Notes: a model not told the origin generated them from the sequence alone. A stretch of 64,000 bases of DNA from an uncultured bacterium (GCA_964517495.1 CAZFER010000016.1:31564-95563); one strand, 5' to 3'. Counted from the stretch's first letter, positions 8,630-19,131 are shown. Program-made: numbers and translations.

Positions 8630-9367
8630 TTATGTCTTCGGAATTATATGAGGTAGCGTCTCGCCGGCTTTGCCATGCAAGTGAATATCTGCCATTGATG
8701 AAAATCCTGTTTCCCCCAAATTTACTTCGATTATCTTGCCTTTCGCACCCCGGGCGCGGTTAGCCCAATCGGCAATATAACCAAAACTGGCTTCCGTGCC
8801 GACCACGATAACAACATCAACCTCACCTTCACCCAAAAATTGCTCGGTTTGATTAACAGATGTTTTATCGATCATCTCACCAAACCAGACAACATTAGGC
8901 CGTAATAGGCCATTGCAGGTTTTGCATCGGGGAGGTATCTCAGGAAGCGGGGTACGACGATCTTCACTGACGGTCCCTTCGACTGTGCAGCGAACTTTCC
9001 ATATACTACCATGAATATGGGAAAGATTCAATGATCCGGCTTGTTCATGAAGGTCGTCCACGTTTTGTGTTAACAAGAAGAACCGATCTTTCGCATTTTC
9101 CAAAGCTGCCAGGGCAATATGCCCCGGATTTGGTTTGCAATCCTTTAGGGTTGTTCTTCGCTCATCATACCATTTCCAGACATATTCAGGATCAGCGGCG
9201 AAGGCTTCTGGGGTGGCGACTTTATACGGATCAACTTTTTTCCATAGTCCTCCCGTATCACGAAAGGTTGGAACGCCACTTTCTGCCGATACACCGGCAC
9301 CGGTTAACACAAAAATACTCTCAGCCTGCTCAACAATTTTCCGAGCTTCATTCAAAGCCAAAGCCAT
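8630..9367 (-). CDS. cobB: NAD-dependent protein deacylase (sirtuin, class III-like)
   Basis: GAGVSAESGVPTFR, TQNVDDLH, HGS, LRPNVVWFGE; YxxR motif (YDER). Confidence 0.92.
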   Translation of the reverse strand: MALALNEARKIVEQAESIFVLTGAGVSAESGVPTFRDTGGLWKKVDPYKVATPEAFAADPEYVWKWYDERRTTLKDCKPNPGHIALAALENAKDRFFLLTQNVDDLHEQAGSLNLSHIHGSIWKVRCTVEGTVSEDRRTPLPEIPPRCKTCNGLLRPNVVWFGEMIDKTSVNQTEQFLGEGEVDVVIVVGTEASFGYIADWANRARGAKGKIIEVNLGETGFSSMADIHLHGKAGETLPHIIPKT

Positions 9368-9377
9368 ACATTACTCC

Positions 9378-10703
9378 TTAAAGCAAAATCCGTGTTATAC
9401 ATGCGACGATAACGGCCATCGAACCTCCAATCAGGGTATTGAGGAAATTCATCCATTCATTATCGACTTCTTCACCCTCTTCGGTCCAATAAGCCGAAAT
9501 GTACGATTCAGCATAAAAACCAATCCAACCCCCAATGACAACAGCGGGTATGGAATGAAAAGGAATGGTGGTCAAGCAAAAAGAGATCAAGGCAAATAGC
9601 AGGCACGCCCCCATTCCACACAGGGTTCCTTCAATGGATATCGCCCCTACCGTACCGGGTGGCACAAGCCGAAAGGTTGAGGCTAAAAAGGGGCTGCGGC
9701 CATAGACTTGTCCTAATTCACTTGATGTGGTATCGGCCAAGGCCGTTGCCAAGGCGGCACAATAAAAGATGCTCAACAATAGATCGAGGCCATCCGTCGC
9801 CCCGATCAACACAGCCGCCAATAAGGCCAAAATACAATTGGCAATGGCATGTTTTGCGCCCCGGCGCCCTTCTTCTTCCTGGGCGATGCCAAGCGTATCT
9901 TTTTCGTAATAGCCAATCCGGGTGGCCAATGAACCAAGCACAAAAAAGACAATCAGCAGGATATACAAATCTAACCCCATCGCCAATACCGCCGTTCCAA
10001 TCAGTGTTCCCCCCAACGCGCCTGAAGTGGAAACCATCCCAGCCCACCACGCCAGGCCAGCCACGATTAGATTGATCAACAGTGCCAATCCCCACCAACC
10101 GGCCGTTTGTGTGGTTGTTGAAAGAGATAGGTCAATCTGAGATGTGATGCTAAGAAAAACAGCAGCCACTAATGCGACGACCACATTATCATCCCACGTC
10201 AGTGGCAGCGTTTCAAAAAAGGCTGCCATCGCTGAAGCACATATGGCCATCATGGCGATATGAAGATACGTGGGAACCGGCCCAATCCAACTCATCACAA
10301 TAAACGAACCCAAACTGCCAAAAATCCAAAAAGCAAGTGTACCCCCAAATGACTTTTTAGGATTCCAGGGAAGCCGGAATATAGGCCATTTTGAACCGAT
10401 AATGTTAGAAAATCCATCTCCTAAAGCAAGGATGGCCCATGCACCCCCCGCCAACATCAGGTTATCCGGGAATATAATTATCAATAAGCTGACCATCAAC
10501 GGATAGGCAGCGATTCCCTGCAATAAATGCTCACGTTCTCGAAAAAAAGAAGGGGCATATTTAGGGAGTAAAAGAATATTATGGATAAAAGCCGTGAAGG
10601 CCAATAAAAAAGCCCATGAGGCGGTTAAATATTTCAATAAAAATGCGAATAAAACGCATAATATATGCAGCCACTGGCGTTTTCGTTCTGCGGAGGGGGT
10701 CAT
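9378..10703 (-). CDS. DUF92 (TMEM19) membrane protein with an N-terminal dolichol/phytol-kinase-like CTP-transferase domain
   Basis: LALGDGFSNIIG, KKSFGG and DDN in the N-half; RGAKHAIAN, ADTTSSELG and PPGTVGAISIEGT in the C-half. Confidence 0.8.
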   Translation of the reverse strand: MTPSAERKRQWLHILCVLFAFLLKYLTASWAFLLAFTAFIHNILLLPKYAPSFFREREHLLQGIAAYPLMVSLLIIIFPDNLMLAGGAWAILALGDGFSNIIGSKWPIFRLPWNPKKSFGGTLAFWIFGSLGSFIVMSWIGPVPTYLHIAMMAICASAMAAFFETLPLTWDDNVVVALVAAVFLSITSQIDLSLSTTTQTAGWWGLALLINLIVAGLAWWAGMVSTSGALGGTLIGTAVLAMGLDLYILLIVFFVLGSLATRIGYYEKDTLGIAQEEEGRRGAKHAIANCILALLAAVLIGATDGLDLLLSIFYCAALATALADTTSSELGQVYGRSPFLASTFRLVPPGTVGAISIEGTLCGMGACLLFALISFCLTTIPFHSIPAVVIGGWIGFYAESYISAYWTEEGEEVDNEWMNFLNTLIGGSMAVIVACITRILL

Positions 10704-11269
10704 TTTTGGTTGAGTGCCTCTCTCTCTAAAATATATGTATCTAATGACGGTTGTATCTGATAATGGGCTTTAAATGTTTCATATTCCTTGACTCATTCAG
10801 GCGAATTGGAATTCCCTTCGCTGGCACGAATGAAAAAATTTTTAGGTGTGGCATCACTTGAGATAAATTTCCCCACAATCACTGACTAACCCTGTGCTTC
10901 CAGGCATAACGACCGAGCCATGCCAGTCAGCATTTCTACAAAGCGCAGGGTAAACAATCCATGCTTTTTCAACGGATAAAAAGGGATGCTTTCCAATTGA
11001 TCCGCCAATTCATGTTGGCAACAGGGTGCGGCTGCAATATGCCTGGCCCGCTGAACGATTCCACACGCCAAGGCTTCATCGGTTGCAGTATCGCAAGCGT
11101 GTAAACTGATCAGTAAATCAATAGCCCTTGGAAATTCCGCTTCCAAAATTGAAGCGCATTGGAAATTCATCGAACCCAACGTTAATGTATCAGTTTTATC
11201 CAGACAATCTTCGATCAATTTTGTTGAAGTATCAATACCAACAAAAGAGGCTTTAAAGTGAACCCTATT
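10700..11269 (-). pseudogene. SAM-dependent methyltransferase (Methyltransf_32-like) pseudogene
   Basis: FVGIDTS...SLHACDTATDEAL...APCCQHEL...EAQG*SVIVGKFISSDATPKN...PE*VKEY. In-frame stops at 10886 (TAG) and 10793 (TGA); N-terminus missing; terminal TGA overlaps the DUF92 ATG. Confidence 0.8.
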
Positions 11270-11933
11270 GATCCTCGTTCCAATCGGTTTGGGTTAAATC
11301 ACGTTGTTTCGAGATTAAAGGTACAAACACGCATGGGATCATGCTTTCAGTGCGGTATTCACCGTTCTTTTTTCGAATACGGCTTAATGTTTGCATTTCA
11401 GAATCACCAATCGGGATTAACAACATCCCATTTTCAGCCAGTTGATTGGTGAGGGATGAAGGAACACGCCGAGTTGCTGCTGTAACTATAATTTTATCAA
11501 AGGGGGCTTTCTCTTCCCAGCCTTCCAATCCATCACCCACCTTAAATTGAACGTTTTCACGGCCTAAGTGCTGAAGAGTACGTTGAGCATTAATGCTAAG
11601 TGAATAATGGCGCTCAATGGTATACACTTCCTTACATAAAAACGATAGAATAGCCGCTTGATAACCTGAACCGGTCCCAATTTCCAAAATCCGGTCAGTG
11701 GACCGGCATTCCAGGCTTTGTGTCATATAGGCGACCATATAAGGTTGAGAAATGGTGGCTCTATCTTCAGGCAAAGTAAGAGGTTTATCCTCATAGGCCT
11801 GATTAACAAGGTCTTCAGGAACAAATAGATGGCGCGGAACTCGTTGAAATACATCCAGAATACGATGATCTTTAATCCCTCGCGATATAAACTGATCTTG
11901 CAGCATTTTTAAAAGCGATTGTTCGTAGTCCAT
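11265..11933 (-). CDS. pcm: Protein-L-isoaspartate O-methyltransferase
   Basis: VPRHLFV, TISQPYMVA, ILEIGTGSGYQAAIL, APFDKIIVTAA, FVPLI. Confidence 0.95.
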   Translation of the reverse strand: MDYEQSLLKMLQDQFISRGIKDHRILDVFQRVPRHLFVPEDLVNQAYEDKPLTLPEDRATISQPYMVAYMTQSLECRSTDRILEIGTGSGYQAAILSFLCKEVYTIERHYSLSINAQRTLQHLGRENVQFKVGDGLEGWEEKAPFDKIIVTAATRRVPSSLTNQLAENGMLLIPIGDSEMQTLSRIRKKNGEYRTESMIPCVFVPLISKQRDLTQTDWNEDQ

Positions 11934-12244
11934 CGGGCATCCTTATTGATAGGTAGAATCATGTCATGAATATATTCAATTCATTATAAATGCAATGATT
12001 TTGATTCGTTTTTAACAATTTATTCCAAATAAACTTGAATGGTGATCGTTATACAAACATCATGAGGAGTTAAGATTTAAAATGTGTAAACCATATGGAA
12101 TATTAATGGTTAACCTTCCAAAAACATTTAAAATCCCCTTAAAATTCTAGTTTAAAAGGTGTTTCAAAAAAAGTCATTAATATTTGAATGGATGTACATT
12201 CCAAACCTGCTTGATCCAGGCAAATAAAAATATCACGTATTTGT

Positions 12245-13510
12245 ATGATAAACAAAGACAATCAGCATATTTTGGGTATTTTTTTAATCATTATAGGTGG
12301 ATTATTTTACCTGCAAAATTGTGTGTATAAATCCTTTATACCTCCATTTGCCCATCGAAATGATTTTGCTCACCTATATTTGGGCGGATTTCTTGCAGAA
12401 CGAGGTGGAAATATCTATGATGCCCAATTAATGTTAAAAACCAAATCGTTTCTCAAAATCCCCACAGGCTTGAATCCATTTGTCTATCCCCCTTTCTTTG
12501 CCGTGTTACTCATTCCTCTCAATAAACTAAGTTATGATGGGGCATGGCTGGTGTTTTTTGTGATTAGCCAGGCCGCTTTTTTTTATTCTATCTTTCTGAT
12601 AATAAAGATGTTACGTAGAGAAGGCGAATCGCTGTCGCTATGGTGGGGACTGTTGATCGCTTATTCCGCTTGTTTCAATCCTCTCCCCAAAACATTCACC
12701 GCTGGCCAGATGAATACCATCATTCTTTTATGCCTGGTGTTGGGATGGTATTTCTTTAGGCGGAAGCAAGAATGGATTTCAGGATTGATCCTTGGTTTAG
12801 GAACGGCAGTGAAACTATCTCCCGGATTTCTGCTGGTATATTTCTTATGGAAAAGACAATGGCGTGTGGTGGGCGGAGGTGTGATAAGCCTCGTTCTATC
12901 ATTGATTATCTCATTGTCATATCTAGACTTGGAAATCCATCAGGCTTTTGTAAATGAAGCGCAGCAGATGCAATATGGAACCTCAACCTGGGAACAATAT
13001 GGACAGCATTACCATGTTGAACCACATAATCAATCTCCCGCTGCCATGTGGTATCGTTTGTTAACCGAAAATCCTTCAACAAGTGGTATAACCAATTCCC
13101 CTGGTACTGCCAAGGTTTTATCATATCTATCCGCATTGATTTGTTTTGCTGCTCTAATAATCTTGTCTTATCATCCACGTTTTGAGTGCAATTTGCTTGA
13201 ATATTCACTGTGGTGTATTGGTATGCTGTTATTACCGAGCTTGATGTGGGATCATTACCTGGTTCAAATGATATTTGCCATCGCACTGGCAAGCCGAATG
13301 GCGTTTTCAGGTGGAGAAACAGGGAAATATATCTTAGCGATAAGCTTAGGTTTTATGGCGATACCCTTTTGGTTTGACAATCCCATATTAAAATCAGGAT
13401 GGGCGACCTTAATAATTTCAATCAAATTATTTACACTCATTGGATTGTTTGCCTATTTATCAATAAATCAAGCTCGTAAAAAGAATGGTTCTTTCACGGA
13501 TTTCATGTAA
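12245..13510 (+). CDS. Glycosyltransferase family 87 (DUF2029, GT-C)
   Basis: Multi-TM; DFAHLY, FVYPPFFA, GQMN, AVKLSPG, HNQS, WDHY motifs. Confidence 0.8.
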   Translation: MINKDNQHILGIFLIIIGGLFYLQNCVYKSFIPPFAHRNDFAHLYLGGFLAERGGNIYDAQLMLKTKSFLKIPTGLNPFVYPPFFAVLLIPLNKLSYDGAWLVFFVISQAAFFYSIFLIIKMLRREGESLSLWWGLLIAYSACFNPLPKTFTAGQMNTIILLCLVLGWYFFRRKQEWISGLILGLGTAVKLSPGFLLVYFLWKRQWRVVGGGVISLVLSLIISLSYLDLEIHQAFVNEAQQMQYGTSTWEQYGQHYHVEPHNQSPAAMWYRLLTENPSTSGITNSPGTAKVLSYLSALICFAALIILSYHPRFECNLLEYSLWCIGMLLLPSLMWDHYLVQMIFAIALASRMAFSGGETGKYILAISLGFMAIPFWFDNPILKSGWATLIISIKLFTLIGLFAYLSINQARKKNGSFTDFM

Positions 13511-13648
13511 AATATAAGGGAAGGTACCAAATTTCCGATTTTCGGATTTAATATGTCTCTACTTGAAAATGAGCATAATACTATTTTACCAGAGTTTAAG
13601 CTGGTGTATGATTAGAATATCATTGCAGATATCATGCCGGAGGCAGTA

Positions 13649-14050
13649 ATGATCGGATATTTTGATACGGAATTGGGGCGTGTCCAGATTTCATCAACCA
13701 TCGTCAGGCGCTTCATCATGAGAGAAGTGGAAAAATCCCCATGTTTTCGCTTTCCTGGAACAAAACCAGGAGAGCCAGTTAGCCGCAAGGTTGCCGAACG
13801 GAATATCAGAGTCAACTTTGTTGAGGGAAGTATTGAAGCAACCTTAATGATTTCAGTTCTTTATGGTACTCGAATTATCAAAGAAGCACGTGAACTGCAA
13901 GGGAAAATCACTCGTGCACTTCAACTTGGAGCTGGTTTGAATGTTTCAAAAATGTCGATCAATGTTGAAAGTGTTTATGAAGAAACCCCGGAAGATACGC
14001 CATTACTCATTGATCACGAAACCGTGCCGGCCAATGCAGTCAACCAATAA
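13649..14050 (+). CDS. Asp23/Gls24 family envelope stress protein
   Basis: GRVQISSTIV...VLYGTRI...LQGKI...LNVSKMSINVESV; GGAGG RBS before ATG 13649. Confidence 0.75.
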   Translation: MIGYFDTELGRVQISSTIVRRFIMREVEKSPCFRFPGTKPGEPVSRKVAERNIRVNFVEGSIEATLMISVLYGTRIIKEARELQGKITRALQLGAGLNVSKMSINVESVYEETPEDTPLLIDHETVPANAVNQ

Positions 14051-14069
14051 AACAGGTTAAGGCGGATTT

Positions 14070-14726
14070 ATGAAACAAATTACCCTCACTGTTTCGTTTC
14101 TGATTGTTTTTGTTATGTCGCTTATATGCTGGCTAATTGTATTGGGGAGTGAGGAACTTTTAATTGGGCTTTGCACTCTGCTTCCCAATATTTATCTATA
14201 CGAAACGTGGGGGAAGTTGGCATTTTGGGCATTTGCTTTTATCTCTTTTGCATGCAGCCTTTCCTTATTAGCCCTCCTATTGGGTCTTGAACCCCGCTTG
14301 CGTAAACATGTCATTCTGGAAAACGAAGCGGGCGCCATAGGTGTTTCATTGGACGCCATTGAAGATTTCATCAAACGTAAAGCCATCAATGTAAGTGGAG
14401 TGCGGGATCTGATCGTCCGTGCCGAAACCATCGATGGTGAGCTGCTTTTAAAAACCAAAATCGTTCTTGAACTACAACAAAACGTACCCTCTTTTACCAA
14501 GGATTTTCAAGAGAAAATACGGAGAGAATTAACCGATACCCTTGGGCTGAAGAATATCAAAGAGGTTCAAGTTTTAATCCATAAAATTCTCCCCCGTGAA
14601 TCAAAATCTGAACCGATTCTGCTCTCACCCCCATCTCAAAAAATCCTCCTCAAAGATCAAGAAGATGAAGAAGTCACAGAAACTGAACAAAACGAACAAG
14701 ATATAAAATCCAAAGCCCAGGAATAA
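14070..14726 (+). CDS. amaP: AmaP-like alkaline shock response membrane anchor protein
   Basis: Two TM helices, then GAIGVSLDAIEDF...QEKIRRELTDTLGL...EVQVLI; adjacent to the Asp23 gene. Confidence 0.65.
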   Translation: MKQITLTVSFLIVFVMSLICWLIVLGSEELLIGLCTLLPNIYLYETWGKLAFWAFAFISFACSLSLLALLLGLEPRLRKHVILENEAGAIGVSLDAIEDFIKRKAINVSGVRDLIVRAETIDGELLLKTKIVLELQQNVPSFTKDFQEKIRRELTDTLGLKNIKEVQVLIHKILPRESKSEPILLSPPSQKILLKDQEDEEVTETEQNEQDIKSKAQE

Positions 14727-14739
14727 AGGATCGTATAAT

Positions 14740-15027
14740 ATGAGTATTCAACGAGATGAAGTTAAACATATAGCCTTGTTAAGCCGCTTGGACCTTACAG
14801 AAGATGAAGTTGATCTATATACCGGTCATCTTGCCGAAATTCTTGATTATGTCGAGAAATTAAAATCATTGGATGTGTCTAATGTTGAGCCTATGTCTCA
14901 TGCGGTTCCCATGTCAAACGTGATGCGGGATGACACCATCGAGCCATCTTTGTCCAGTGAAGACGCCTTGAAAAATGCTCCAGACCGTGACGGCCCCAAC
15001 TTCCGGGTACCCCGTGTCACTGAATAA
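14740..15027 (+). CDS. gatC: Asp/Glu-tRNA amidotransferase subunit C
   Basis: EVKHIALLSRL...ILDYVEKL...VEPMSH...NVMRDD...NAPD...FRVPRV. Confidence 0.95.
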   Translation: MSIQRDEVKHIALLSRLDLTEDEVDLYTGHLAEILDYVEKLKSLDVSNVEPMSHAVPMSNVMRDDTIEPSLSSEDALKNAPDRDGPNFRVPRVTE

Positions 15028-15048
15028 TACCTCCCTGCTATTCATATC

Positions 15049-15831
15049 ATGCCCAGCAAGGTTGTTTTAGGTATGACCTCTATTACGAAATGGAAAGGAA
15101 TTGTAGCACTAACACTCGGATTGAGTTTCATCTGCCCTTTCATTGGTTGGACTCATGGAGCAGACACCTATAATCTTCTTATCAAATTGTTTGTCGAAGA
15201 ATACCGAGACCGCTATACCAGAACGCTTGAAACAGATTCAGGCACATGGAGCGCTTATCCTATTGGTCCTCATTATATTCGATTTGAAGAAACTTATTAC
15301 AAATACATTTACTCCTTTCTCTTCCCCACAAATCAATTGGTACCCGAGACAAAAGACTTAAATTTATCTGAAGATTCCGTTAGTTTTCTTGTTATCTTCT
15401 CACCAAAACATGAGCCGAAACCGCTTCTTAAAGATGCATCACCTGAGTGGTTTTCTCTGGTGGGAGAAGAATTAGGATTGAATCATATCAAAGCGAAAGA
15501 AATCTATAGTGATCCCATACGTTCATTCCCTAAAATTCGAGACTCACGTCCCCAATCCAGTTTAGTCACATTTACAATTCAAACCTCATTTAAATCGGGA
15601 TCGAGAGAGGAAAATGTCCCAATTCAGTTGTATTGCCAACATCCTGAAGTAGCAAATACAATTTCGTTTGAATGGACTGTGCCTGACACGTTTCCTGTTG
15701 GAAACCGCCGTTATGCTGCCAAAATTTGGAAAGTAGCTCGCGAGCGATATGCCTCCATGCCCATGCCAACTCATGTACCGCGTATGGATCAGACTCCCAC
15801 TCCAACTCCAATAGAAAGAAATAACTCATGA
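15049..15831 (+). CDS. Hypothetical exported protein
   Basis: 260-aa ORF with a signal-like N-terminus and a TPTPTP tail; ATGA overlap with the next gene. Confidence 0.65.
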   Translation: MPSKVVLGMTSITKWKGIVALTLGLSFICPFIGWTHGADTYNLLIKLFVEEYRDRYTRTLETDSGTWSAYPIGPHYIRFEETYYKYIYSFLFPTNQLVPETKDLNLSEDSVSFLVIFSPKHEPKPLLKDASPEWFSLVGEELGLNHIKAKEIYSDPIRSFPKIRDSRPQSSLVTFTIQTSFKSGSREENVPIQLYCQHPEVANTISFEWTVPDTFPVGNRRYAAKIWKVARERYASMPMPTHVPRMDQTPTPTPIERNNS

Positions 15832-16415
15832 ATCCGTTACGAATAATTTCCCTTTTATTATTGATTCTTATCGCTGTTTCTATCCCCTCTCATGCCCATT
15901 TGAATAGTATTTCCTATTCAACCATCGAGGTTGCCACCGACGAAATTCGAATTGAGTTGAGATTCACTTTAATTTGTACATTGGAACTCTTTTCAGTCGA
16001 TGTGGATGGAGATGGAATTTTAACCAAGGAAGAATTGCAACCGGCCAAACCAGCGATGTATTATTATCTGACGAACAAAATCAAGATTTTGTCGGGTGGA
16101 CGCCAGTTACGGATGATATTGAGGAACCTGAGTTTCAAAGTGGAGGAAGATGACGCCTATACCATTTTTGAACTTGCGTATCCCAAAACAAACGAATCGG
16201 ATGAGTTCATCATATTATGTAACGTACTTGAAGAGACGGATCCTTATCACAAAAACCTGGCTGAAATCAAATATAATGGGAACGATTATTTATATGTTTT
16301 CACCAACATGAATTATTTCAACAGCCAGACGGCTTCAAACGAAGAAACCAAACAGGCAAACGTGCCTGGATCAGCAACAGCCTCTCTCCAGCCATCCGTT
16401 AATGAGAAGCAATAA
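15828..16415 (+). CDS. Exported protein with an EF-hand-like loop, resembling the N-terminal domain of HupE/UreJ-associated proteins
   Basis: Signal peptide ending SHA|HLNSISYS; DVDGDGILTKEEL; HKNLA. Confidence 0.6.
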   Translation: MNPLRIISLLLLILIAVSIPSHAHLNSISYSTIEVATDEIRIELRFTLICTLELFSVDVDGDGILTKEELQPAKPAMYYYLTNKIKILSGGRQLRMILRNLSFKVEEDDAYTIFELAYPKTNESDEFIILCNVLEETDPYHKNLAEIKYNGNDYLYVFTNMNYFNSQTASNEETKQANVPGSATASLQPSVNEKQ

Positions 16416-16451
16416 TTAAGTCTATTAATTAATCCCAAGCAACCTCAGTAC

Positions 16452-17513
16452 TTAGTTATCACGTAATAGTTCTCTTTTCAGTTTCAGGTGTTCCTCATAG
16501 GTTTTAGAAAATCGTGCAGAGCCGTCTTTGGTCGTGATGAAATAGAGGTAATCTGTATCGGCCGGTTGTAAGGCCGCCCGCAAGGACGCTTCTCCCGGAT
16601 TACAGATTGCCGCTGGGGGCAAGCCTTTGTTTTTGTATGTGTTATAAGGTGAATCGATTTCTTTATCCTTCACCTGAATGGAACGTGACCAATCCTGAAG
16701 AATATAATGGATAGTGCTATCCGCTTGCAAGGCCATATTTTTCTTGATGCGATTAACAAAGACGGATGCGATTTTGGCTCGGTCTTCATCTTTTTTGGCT
16801 TCTTTTTCGATGATTGAGGCCAAAACCACGACGTTGTGGACTTCTTTTTTAGGTCCTGCTTCTTTGTCTTCCCACCACCAACCTGTTTCTTTCACAGCAA
16901 GGGCTTCATTCAGGATTTCGTCCCATTTTTCGTTAAAATACCTTACCATACGGTCGAAAATGCGGATGGTTTCCTGGTTCTTTTCGAAAAAGTAGGTCTG
17001 TGGGTAGAGTACACCTTCACAGGCCGCGTTTGCTCCACCCGGGGCCTGAACGATAACAAAAGGAAAGACATCCCGGCTTTGGCATTCTTCCAAAAAGGCC
17101 TCTTTGGTGCAAATTTCAAGTTCTTCCAATGCTTCAGCGATTTGCACTTGGGTATAGCCTTCGGGAATAAGGAGTGAACGGTAATAATGTTTGCCTTCTG
17201 CAAACATGGTGATAACTTCACAGGGTGTTTGAGTCCCTTTGATCTGATATTCGCCGGCTTGCAGTTTATCGGCGAAACCTCGTAAATCCGCCAATATAAG
17301 GAACATGGTGGTATTTTCAATCACACCTTTTTCCACCAGCAAAGCAGCGATTTGACGCGCTCCCTTCCCCTCCGCTATTTCGATACGAAAACTTTGTCCT
17401 TCTTCGCCCCACGGTGTGTTCCACTTGCGGTATTCGAGATACCCCAAAACAGCGGCCCCCAAGACAACCAGGATTATAAGGAAAACCAATCCTCGTATAA
17501 ATAACTTTCTCAT
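16452..17513 (-). CDS. mltG: Endolytic transglycosylase MltG
   Basis: LQAGEY, IPEGY, EGVLYPQTY, LASIIEKEA, LQADST, SPYNTY...GLPP. Confidence 0.95.
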   Translation of the reverse strand: MRKLFIRGLVFLIILVVLGAAVLGYLEYRKWNTPWGEEGQSFRIEIAEGKGARQIAALLVEKGVIENTTMFLILADLRGFADKLQAGEYQIKGTQTPCEVITMFAEGKHYYRSLLIPEGYTQVQIAEALEELEICTKEAFLEECQSRDVFPFVIVQAPGGANAACEGVLYPQTYFFEKNQETIRIFDRMVRYFNEKWDEILNEALAVKETGWWWEDKEAGPKKEVHNVVVLASIIEKEAKKDEDRAKIASVFVNRIKKNMALQADSTIHYILQDWSRSIQVKDKEIDSPYNTYKNKGLPPAAICNPGEASLRAALQPADTDYLYFITTKDGSARFSKTYEEHLKLKRELLRDN

Positions 17514-17739
17514 TTCGTACCAGGCTCCACTTTGATAAAATTTTCGTATTCAAGTCAAGGCAAGGAACTAGCAGCGTATATGGGAGGCCACTAGCTCCGG
17601 CCTTATTTTAAAGCTCTTTTCCCTGTTTAATAAGTCTTTCTATCTTATCATCATTTCAATTATAATTCGAAGGTAGAAATGTAAAAAAGTTGTCGAAAAA
17701 ATTTAACAAGGATTTTGAATCCAAAATGGGAGAGTTCAA

Positions 17740-19110
17740 GTGAATTCGATCATTCAAACGATAAAAAAACAACATAAAAACAATATTGAGGATTTGATAC
17801 ATTTCCTGAAAATCCCAAGTGTCAGCGCCCAAAAAAAACATCAGAGCGATTGCCAGGCGGCCGCCGAATTTTTGATGGATCACCTCAAAGCGATGGGACT
17901 TGACGCAACTCTGCATAAAACACCCGGAAATCCTGTGATCACAGCGAAGTATCATTGCGGCGATCAAGCCCCAACTATTTTGATTTATGGGCATTATGAT
18001 GTTCAACCGGCTGAACCGTTTGAATTATGGAAATCGCCTCCTTTTGAACCCCAGATTCGAAAAAAGAACCTCTATGCGCGGGGAGCTACAGATGATAAAG
18101 GTCAATTAATGACTCATATTAAAGCGGTTGAAGCCCATCTTGAAACCAATGGCCATTTGCCGGTCAATGTCATCTTTCTTATAGAAGGTGAAGAGGAAAT
18201 CGCTAGCAATACCCTGGAAAATTTCATAAATGAAAATCGTGAGTTACTAAAAAGTGATATCGCATTGATTAGCGATTCATCCCAGTTTGGCCCCGATATG
18301 CCCGCCATATGTTATGGATTACGGGGGATTTGCGTGGAAGAAATTCGAGTTGAAGGCCCTGGGCAGGATTTACACTCCGGATCGTTTGGGGGAGCAGTGC
18401 CGAATCCATTAAACGAACTTTGTACCATCGTTTCAAAACTGAAGGATGATAAAGGCACAATCCTGATCCCGGGATTTTACGATGATGTGCTTCCATTAGA
18501 GGATTGGGAACGGGAAGCATTCAACCAACTGCCGTGGGATGATGAATCCTTTTGTTGCGAGTTAAAACTCACGGGACTGTCTGGTGAAAATGGATTTACA
18601 ACACTGGAGCGTAAATGGGCTCGGCCAACGTTGGATTTAAACGGTATTTATGGCGGTTATCAGGGTGAGGGAGCAAAAACCATCATTCCAGCATGGGGAG
18701 GTGCCAAGATATCCATGCGGCTGGTTCCCGATCAATCTCCCCAAAAGATAAGCCGTTTATTTCGCGAATACATCAATGAAATTGCACCGTCGTATATTCG
18801 ATTTCATTTTGCACCTACTTCCGGTTGCGGGCCTGTGCGGTTTCCCCGCTCTGCAAAGTTTATGCAGGAGGCGGAAAAAGCTATCGAAACGGGATTTGGT
18901 GTTAAACCGGTCTATATCCGTGAAGGAGGTTCCATTCCCATTGTCCTCACCCTGAAAGAAGAACTGGGATTGCATACCTTATTACTGGGTTGGGGGCAGC
19001 CGGATGATAATCCGCATTCTCCCAATGAGAAGTTCTCCCTCAAGGATTTCGAACGTGGGACCATTTCATCCGCCTGTTTTCTCCAATTATGTGGAGAAAA
19101 TCCAAGTTAG
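17740..19110 (+). CDS. M20 family dipeptidase
   Basis: YGHYDVQP, ARGATDDKGQ, IEGEEE, DLHSG, HSPNE. Confidence 0.92.
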   Translation: MNSIIQTIKKQHKNNIEDLIHFLKIPSVSAQKKHQSDCQAAAEFLMDHLKAMGLDATLHKTPGNPVITAKYHCGDQAPTILIYGHYDVQPAEPFELWKSPPFEPQIRKKNLYARGATDDKGQLMTHIKAVEAHLETNGHLPVNVIFLIEGEEEIASNTLENFINENRELLKSDIALISDSSQFGPDMPAICYGLRGICVEEIRVEGPGQDLHSGSFGGAVPNPLNELCTIVSKLKDDKGTILIPGFYDDVLPLEDWEREAFNQLPWDDESFCCELKLTGLSGENGFTTLERKWARPTLDLNGIYGGYQGEGAKTIIPAWGGAKISMRLVPDQSPQKISRLFREYINEIAPSYIRFHFAPTSGCGPVRFPRSAKFMQEAEKAIETGFGVKPVYIREGGSIPIVLTLKEELGLHTLLLGWGQPDDNPHSPNEKFSLKDFERGTISSACFLQLCGENPS

Positions 19111-19131
19111 ATATTCGTATATTTCTAAGCC

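Noticed and set aside
10700-10888. Stop-codon readthrough or recoding (pyrrolysine, selenocysteine, alternative code) in the methyltransferase
   Set aside because: Two different stops are present, the N-terminus is also missing, and TAG and TGA end conserved genes normally elsewhere in the window (rpmF, leuA)
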